From positions 295,978-359,977 of the forward strand of contig JBAZSZ010000001.1 in assembly GCA_041662205.1 (NCBI GenBank): a stretch of DNA of 64,000 nt, written 5' to 3'. A model generated the notes under the pieces. The model did no database searches, was not told the origin of the DNA, and was given only the letters and a program-made list of their open reading frames with translations. The translations under genes and the position numbers were made by a program. This document shows positions 58,577 to 64,000 of the stretch, piece after piece (the stretch's first letter is position 1; each line of letters starts with the position of its first letter). Source of the DNA: Minisyncoccota bacterium (GTDB lineage Bacteria > Patescibacteriota > Minisyncoccia > Phycocordibacterales > UBA9973).

Positions 58577-59918
58577 ATTTATCCCCTCTATCGTATTCAT
58601 TCTTAAAATATTTTCCAAAAGAAGAAAATGCTGGACTGTATAAAATAGTTTCACCCTTTTTTGCGACAGAAAATGCTTTTTTCACTGTATTCCTAAGACC
58701 TTCTTCTTCATAAACATCAATTCCTTTTCCTCTGAATTTAAACACTTTTGCGCGAATCAGGTCTGTGCCTTTTTCTTTAAATAAAATAACTTTAGAGCAA
58801 AATTGGGGAATCTCTTTTAGAAGTTTAGACATATCTAAGAATTTTTTATCACCTCCAATTATCAGAACTGTATTGCGTTTCTTCGTATTCCCTACTGCCT
58901 GCAACGCTGCGATAGTAGCCTCTGGAGTTGTCGAGCTATTATCATTATAAATTTTTACACCATTTAGCTTGCGCAAAAATTCAAGTCTGCCTGATAGTGG
59001 AGAGAAGGTTGCTAGAGCTTTTTTAATTTTAAGATCTGGTATAGATAATGATCTCGCAACTTCTATTGCCAGTCCTGCATTATATTCATTATGGACCCCT
59101 GGTAAATTAAATTTCCAATCTTTTGACAATCTTTCAGGGGAAACAACTATTCTACTTTTTATCTTTTCTTTATTTTCCTTTTGCCATTTTTTAATAAATG
59201 GATATGCTTGCTTGCCAACAATCAATACAGCCTCTTTTTTTTGATATTTAAAAATATTAGCCTTATCTGAAAAATATTTCTTCATATCTCCCTTATAATA
59301 ATTCATATGATCCCCAAACAAATTGGTGAAAACAGAAATATTTGGTGAAATCTTACTATTACCAAATCCTTGGAGTTGCCATGAATCTAATTCCAAGACT
59401 GCTATCTCCGCATTTTTTACTTGTTTTAATAGCTGAAGATTAGAAATGCCACGCACATTCCCTCCTAAAATTATTTTCTTATCAGCAGACTTTAAAATAT
59501 GCTCAACGAGATGCGTAACAGTAGACTTACCTCGAGTTCCAGTAATAGCAATAATAGGCAAATCTGCCAGTTTAACGAAAAGTGATGCACTCATTTCCAC
59601 AGAAACATTATTTCTTTTTGCTTCTTTTATATAGATTGAATCAAGGGGCACTCCCGCAGCTTTTAAAACAAAATCACGATTTTGAAAATCTTCTAGCTTA
59701 TGTCTACCTAAGACATATTTTATGTTTTTAAATTTTTTTAATTTATTTAAAGATTCTTTTAATTGTTCTTTTTTCTTTAAATCTGTAACAGTTAATTTTG
59801 CTCCACATTCTGCTAAAAACATAACATCTCCAACTCCTCGCCCGAGCAAACCTAAACCCATGACAGTTATCTTTTTATCTTTAAAAAATTCTTTATAATC
59901 TATACTTTTATTTTGCAT
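58548..59918 (-). CDS. murD: UDP-MurNAc-L-Ala--D-glutamate ligase
   Basis: MGLGLLG, GTRGKST, ELDSWQL, SPAFSSF..RGDKF. Confidence 0.93.
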   Translation of the reverse strand: MQNKSIDYKEFFKDKKITVMGLGLLGRGVGDVMFLAECGAKLTVTDLKKKEQLKESLNKLKKFKNIKYVLGRHKLEDFQNRDFVLKAAGVPLDSIYIKEAKRNNVSVEMSASLFVKLADLPIIAITGTRGKSTVTHLVEHILKSADKKIILGGNVRGISNLQLLKQVKNAEIAVLELDSWQLQGFGNSKISPNISVFTNLFGDHMNYYKGDMKKYFSDKANIFKYQKKEAVLIVGKQAYPFIKKWQKENKEKIKSRIVVSPERLSKDWKFNLPGVHNEYNAGLAIEVARSLSIPDLKIKKALATFSPLSGRLEFLRKLNGVKIYNDNSSTTPEATIAALQAVGNTKKRNTVLIIGGDKKFLDMSKLLKEIPQFCSKVILFKEKGTDLIRAKVFKFRGKGIDVYEEEGLRNTVKKAFSVAKKGETILYSPAFSSFGKYFKNEYDRGDKFMKIVKSLK

Positions 59919-61185
59919 AAGATTTTCTGAATTCTTCTATATCACTAAAATGATGCTTCACACCTTTTATTTCTTGATAGTCTTCGTGTCCTTTGCCAGC
60001 GCAAAGGATGATGTCTCCTTTTTGCGCTATCTTAACTGCCTCCATTATTGCTTCATGACGATTGGTAATAGTTTTTACTTTTTTCAACATTTCGTCAGAT
60101 AAGCTTTCTTTCATTTGATCAATAATTTTATCAGGGTCTTCGCTTCTAGGGTTATCAGAGGTGAAGATCGTAATATCAGAATTATTTACACCGATTTCCC
60201 CCATCAAAGGGCGCTTGAGTGGATCTCTATCACCACCACAACCAAATACAGAAATTATCTTGCCCGCCTTTGGCTGGTTTACTTCATTCTCACCAGAGGC
60301 GAGCAAGTCTTTTATTGCCATTAATATTTTCTCTAAGGCATCTGGTGTATGCGCATAATCTACAATCACCAGCACGCTACTTTTAGACAGAAAATGTTCG
60401 AAACGTCCACGAGGAGGCTCAATATTTTCTAAAATCTTTTTAACTATATCCATATCAAAACCCAAGAGCTCACAAGCGCTCCAAACCGCAAGCAAATTAT
60501 AAGCATTAAACTTACCTAGAAGTTTTGAGCTTACTTCTATCCCATTAAAATTTAGAACTAAACCAGAAAAACCAAGCTTAGTAATCTCGCCATGAAAATC
60601 CTCTCCGCCATTGAATCCATAAGACACTCTTCCTGTTTTAATTTCTTCTAGCATTTTCTCTCCATATTCATCATCTGTATTAGAAAGAGCAAAAGCATGT
60701 TGTGGAAGCATTTTTAAAAATTTCTTTTTTGCCCCAAAATAATTCTCAAAATTTTTATGATAATCCAAATGATCATGCGTCAAATTAGTAAAAATACCTC
60801 CAGCAAAACTTATTCCTGCCACCCGATTTTGATCTAGTGCATGTGAGCTCACTTCCATAAAAACATATTCACAGCCTTTCTCTGCCATTTCATTTAATAA
60901 TTTATACAGATTTACAGGATCAGGGGTTGTGCCCGGAATTGGTCTACCTTCTTTAGTCAAAACAATTTCTCCATTGATTATATTTTCTACAGTACTGATC
61001 AGTCCTGCTTTATAACCAAGGCCTATTGTGATTTTATAAAGAAGCGTTGCTGTCGTCGTCTTTCCATTTGTCCCCGTTACCCCGACAATCTTTATTTTTT
61101 TTGAAGGATTACCATAAAAATGCATCCCTGCCAACAATGCAATCCCTCGTCTCTTTAATTTTAAATTTTTAATTATTCTTTGCAT
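59908..61185 (-). CDS. murE: UDP-MurNAc-tripeptide ligase MurE (N-terminal domain absent)
   Basis: GTNGKTTT, MEVSSH, DHLDYH, DYAHTPD, DNPR, AGKGHE. Confidence 0.95.
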   Translation of the reverse strand: MQRIIKNLKLKRRGIALLAGMHFYGNPSKKIKIVGVTGTNGKTTTATLLYKITIGLGYKAGLISTVENIINGEIVLTKEGRPIPGTTPDPVNLYKLLNEMAEKGCEYVFMEVSSHALDQNRVAGISFAGGIFTNLTHDHLDYHKNFENYFGAKKKFLKMLPQHAFALSNTDDEYGEKMLEEIKTGRVSYGFNGGEDFHGEITKLGFSGLVLNFNGIEVSSKLLGKFNAYNLLAVWSACELLGFDMDIVKKILENIEPPRGRFEHFLSKSSVLVIVDYAHTPDALEKILMAIKDLLASGENEVNQPKAGKIISVFGCGGDRDPLKRPLMGEIGVNNSDITIFTSDNPRSEDPDKIIDQMKESLSDEMLKKVKTITNRHEAIMEAVKIAQKGDIILCAGKGHEDYQEIKGVKHHFSDIEEFRKSYAK

Positions 61186-61417
61186 TTGGTTTTACTAAAA
61201 TTTCTTCTTCTACTTTTTTAAATCGTTCAATTTCTTTACCGTCCAAGACAATATTTTCTAAAAACATATGCTTTGGCCTAGCCCAAATACCACCATCTTC
61301 TAAGTGCATATAAATAACCACGTGTTCTAGTGTTTCACTATCTTTCGCCTCAAAAAGAACTCTCACCTTAGTTCCTTTATAATGTTTATAAATTCCTCCA
61401 ATTTCTAAACTTTTCAT
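61169..61417 (-). CDS. DUF1653 family protein
   Basis: YKHYKG..DSETLE..W.RP..MF..RF. Confidence 0.85.
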   Translation of the reverse strand: MKSLEIGGIYKHYKGTKVRVLFEAKDSETLEHVVIYMHLEDGGIWARPKHMFLENIVLDGKEIERFKKVEEEILVKPNAKNN

Positions 61418-61525
61418 AACTATTATATAATATCCCTAAAATTAATTTATTACAAAAGTAGACGACCGCATTATTTTATAGCACATATGTAAAAAATTCA
61501 TAATCAAAAAAAACCTAATATATAA

Positions 61526-62071
61526 TTACGTCAAATTGAAATGTTTTCGTAGGTTTTCATCATAATCTAATTTTTCCACTACCATATATCTTATATTTTT
61601 ACCAAAAGCCAAATCAGTTTTCAAAAGTTCAATGAATTCTGCACAATTGTAAGGATAAATCCAGACACTGCGTTGAAGCTGGATAAAACCAAAATCTTTT
61701 ATTTCCATTCGCAAAAGATTTCTTTTAGACCTGGCATTTTCCCAAACATCAAAAATAACCACTCTCCACTTGCCATCCCACTTAACATCTTTCTTTTTTT
61801 CTTTAATCTGATAATAAATAAGTCTTCTCTTCCCCTTCTCAGTCAAGGATAAAAATTGTTTTCCATTTTCAATTTCTATTTTAAGAAAACCGTCTTTTAC
61901 TAATTTTCTCGCCTTTTGGTTTAAATAATATTTTAGGTTATATTTTTTCTTTTGCTTTAAAAAGGGTTTTAAAATTTGTAAAGCATTAGGCGCAAGTACG
62001 GCTATAGCCAAAATACCAGTAGTGGCAACCGTCATTAAAATAACTCTTTTAAAATCAATCTTGTTTTTCAT
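61526..62071 (-). CDS. PaaX-like regulator with Cas2-like domain
   Basis: LTEKG wing, WDGKWRVVIFDV, GFIQLQRSVWIYPY. Confidence 0.8.
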   Translation of the reverse strand: MKNKIDFKRVILMTVATTGILAIAVLAPNALQILKPFLKQKKKYNLKYYLNQKARKLVKDGFLKIEIENGKQFLSLTEKGKRRLIYYQIKEKKKDVKWDGKWRVVIFDVWENARSKRNLLRMEIKDFGFIQLQRSVWIYPYNCAEFIELLKTDLAFGKNIRYMVVEKLDYDENLRKHFNLT

Positions 62072-62115
62072 AATTTTATTATACTATAAAACAAGACGAC
62101 CGCATCTTTTTACAA

Positions 62116-62520
62116 CTAAGTTTTTAATATTATTTTTCTATGAGCTTCCTCCGCTTTTTCTTTGCTAATATTGAATTTTTGCAAATGGTTTACTACCTTA
62201 TGAACCTTTTTACAATTTCCACAAAAATTAGAAACATTTTTAGGCAAACCAACAGATAAATAAATCTCGCCCCAGACTGGTTTTCTATTAATAAATTTTG
62301 CTACAGAATTTTTTGTTATTCTCCAAATCTTTCCGTTTATTCCAAAACGCCAATACAACCAAAGCTGTAAAAAATGCAATACATCCTCAAATTCCTCCTG
62401 AATTCCTTTTTTATTTAATTTTATAATTTCTACAACTAGTTCTCTAACCTCTCCAAGAAGTTCTCTAAACGTGATTCTCTCACCATTAGAATATTCTTTT
62501 ACATATTCGCTGATTTTCAT
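62116..62520 (-). CDS. Hypothetical protein
   Basis: 134-aa ORF in line with neighbours; EEFEDVLHF acidic motif (MazG-like, uncertain). Confidence 0.55.
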   Translation of the reverse strand: MKISEYVKEYSNGERITFRELLGEVRELVVEIIKLNKKGIQEEFEDVLHFLQLWLYWRFGINGKIWRITKNSVAKFINRKPVWGEIYLSVGLPKNVSNFCGNCKKVHKVVNHLQKFNISKEKAEEAHRKIILKT

Positions 62521-62535
62521 TTAATTTTTTTGAAT

Positions 62536-62847
62536 TCAATTCTTTATATCTTCCCTTGGAAGAATTATGTAATTTTTATTTATATATAAAAGATCACTCA
62601 TAACTTTACGAATAGAGGTAAGTTGTAATTCTCGCATTTCAGGAGTTACATTTTCATTTTTTATAGTTTCTTCAAAAAAACGTAAAATACTTGTGAGAGT
62701 TGTCGTATAATCTCCAGCCTCTAAATGAAAAACTAGACTCTTATGATCAGAGGCTTGCTCTAATTCTAGACAATATACGTTTTTTGAACCATCTTTTGTA
62801 AGTAAGTATTCAGAAATATTTACGTTGTATGATGAATCAGAAGACAT
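62536..62847 (-). CDS. Hypothetical protein
   Basis: 103-aa ORF 9 nt downstream of secA. Confidence 0.55.
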   Translation of the reverse strand: MSSDSSYNVNISEYLLTKDGSKNVYCLELEQASDHKSLVFHLEAGDYTTTLTSILRFFEETIKNENVTPEMRELQLTSIRKVMSDLLYINKNYIILPREDIKN

Positions 62848-62856
62848 AAAGTTATT

Positions 62857-63999
62857 TTAATTTACTAATGACTTTCGATGTTGAGGCGCATTAATCATTC
62901 CACACTTTTTCCATTTATAGCATTCACCCGTGGCTGGATTGATAGCCCCACAAGGACATGGGTCATTTCTACCGACTTCTGCACCATTTACAGACAAATC
63001 TTTTTCCCCTCCAATTTCGCTTGGTTCTTCATGACTTGTAATTAAGGTCTGTTTCGGTGAATTATCCTCTACTTTTACATTCACAACATTTTCGGTATTT
63101 ATTGTACTAATAAGTGAAAAAACCTGCTCCTTAAAAGCTTCCTCCATTTCTTTAAACATTGCAAGTCCATCTTTTTTATATTCCACTATCGGTTCCCGCT
63201 GACCATAAGCTCGCAAATTTACCGATGAACGCAAATAATCCATCGCTTCTAAATGTTCCATCCAGAGCATATCATTTGCATAAAAAGCAATTCTTCTGAC
63301 GGTTTCAAAAAAAGCTTCATCACCTAACTTTCTTCTTTTTTCCTCTAAAACCTTATCAAAGCCTTCTCTGGTCGCTGATATATTATTAAGTAAAACTTCA
63401 ATTTCTGTTTTGTCTGCTCGCAACATTTTTTGTCTCCTTTCGTAGATTATCTTGCGTTGATGATTCATCACGTCATCATATTCAAGAGTATTTTTTCTAG
63501 CATCAAAATGAAAACCCTCAATTTTGGCTTGGGCCCCTTCTAAGGTTTTACTGATAAAACGATTTTCTATCGGTTGATCCTCTGATATACCAAAACGCCC
63601 CATCATTGTTTTGATTTTTTCTGAACCAAACACTCGCATTAGATCATCATCTAAGGAAACATAAAACTGGGTAGCGCCGGGATCACCTTGCCTACCAGCG
63701 CGCCCCCTTAACTGATTATCAATTCTTCTTGCTTCGTGTCTCTCTGTGCCTAAAACAAAAAGCCCACCTACACTTTTTACATAGTCGTATTCTTCTTTTA
63801 TTAAAGGATTACCTCCGAGTTTAATATCTATTCCGCGTCCAGCCATATTTGTAGCGATAGTCACTGCACCTCGGCGACCCGCCTGCGCAATTATTTCACC
63901 CTCCTTCTCATGATTCTTTGCATTTAAGATAGTATGCTGTACTCCTTCTTGCTTGAGATACACAGAGAGAAGTTCATTTTTTTCAATAGAAATAGTACC
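62857..63999 (-). CDS. secA: Preprotein translocase SecA, C-terminal part (runs off window)
   Basis: LNAK, ATNMAGRGIDI, RRIDNQLRGRAGRQGDPG, GRNDPCPCG. Confidence 0.98.
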   Translation of the reverse strand, partial: GTISIEKNELLSVYLKQEGVQHTILNAKNHEKEGEIIAQAGRRGAVTIATNMAGRGIDIKLGGNPLIKEEYDYVKSVGGLFVLGTERHEARRIDNQLRGRAGRQGDPGATQFYVSLDDDLMRVFGSEKIKTMMGRFGISEDQPIENRFISKTLEGAQAKIEGFHFDARKNTLEYDDVMNHQRKIIYERRQKMLRADKTEIEVLLNNISATREGFDKVLEEKRRKLGDEAFFETVRRIAFYANDMLWMEHLEAMDYLRSSVNLRAYGQREPIVEYKKDGLAMFKEMEEAFKEQVFSLISTINTENVVNVKVEDNSPKQTLITSHEEPSEIGGEKDLSVNGAEVGRNDPCPCGAINPATGECYKWKKCGMINAPQHRKSLVN

Positions 64000-64000
64000 A

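Noticed and set aside
61526-62071. CRISPR-Cas system suggested by Cas2-like domains
   Set aside because: No repeat-spacer array, cas1 or effector in the window; the domain is fused to a winged HTH as in PaaX-like regulators

Overview
AT-rich, gene-dense segment read with the standard code. Gene content points to Patescibacteria/CPR (Parcubacteria-like; inferred): short AlaRS, IF2 and MurE, VirB2-like pilin array, PaaX/Cas2-like regulators. Housekeeping genes include recR, rplU, cysS, infA-rpmJ-rpsMKD-rpoA-rplQ-rplM-rpsI, alaS, mnmA, typA, clpB, infB-rbfA, gyrA, rpsA, murC/I/D/E, partial secA and five tRNAs. Two things stand out. (1) The grpE-dnaK-dnaJ locus is interleaved with four paralogous 558-583 aa Cys-rich multi-zinc-ribbon proteins and two soluble VirD4/TraG-like ATPases. 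One ATPase carries the same CxxC-x17-CxxC finger as the Cys-rich proteins; the other shares a 26/28-nt promoter/start region with grpE. (2) Hairpin-forming elements sit in frame inside conserved genes, most clearly two ~105-bp copies in mnmA with a 54/56-nt identical core and unrelated but individually self-complementary arms. Further hairpins lie in the cysteine desulfurase gene, rpsI and murE. No CRISPR array, integrase or transposase was seen.
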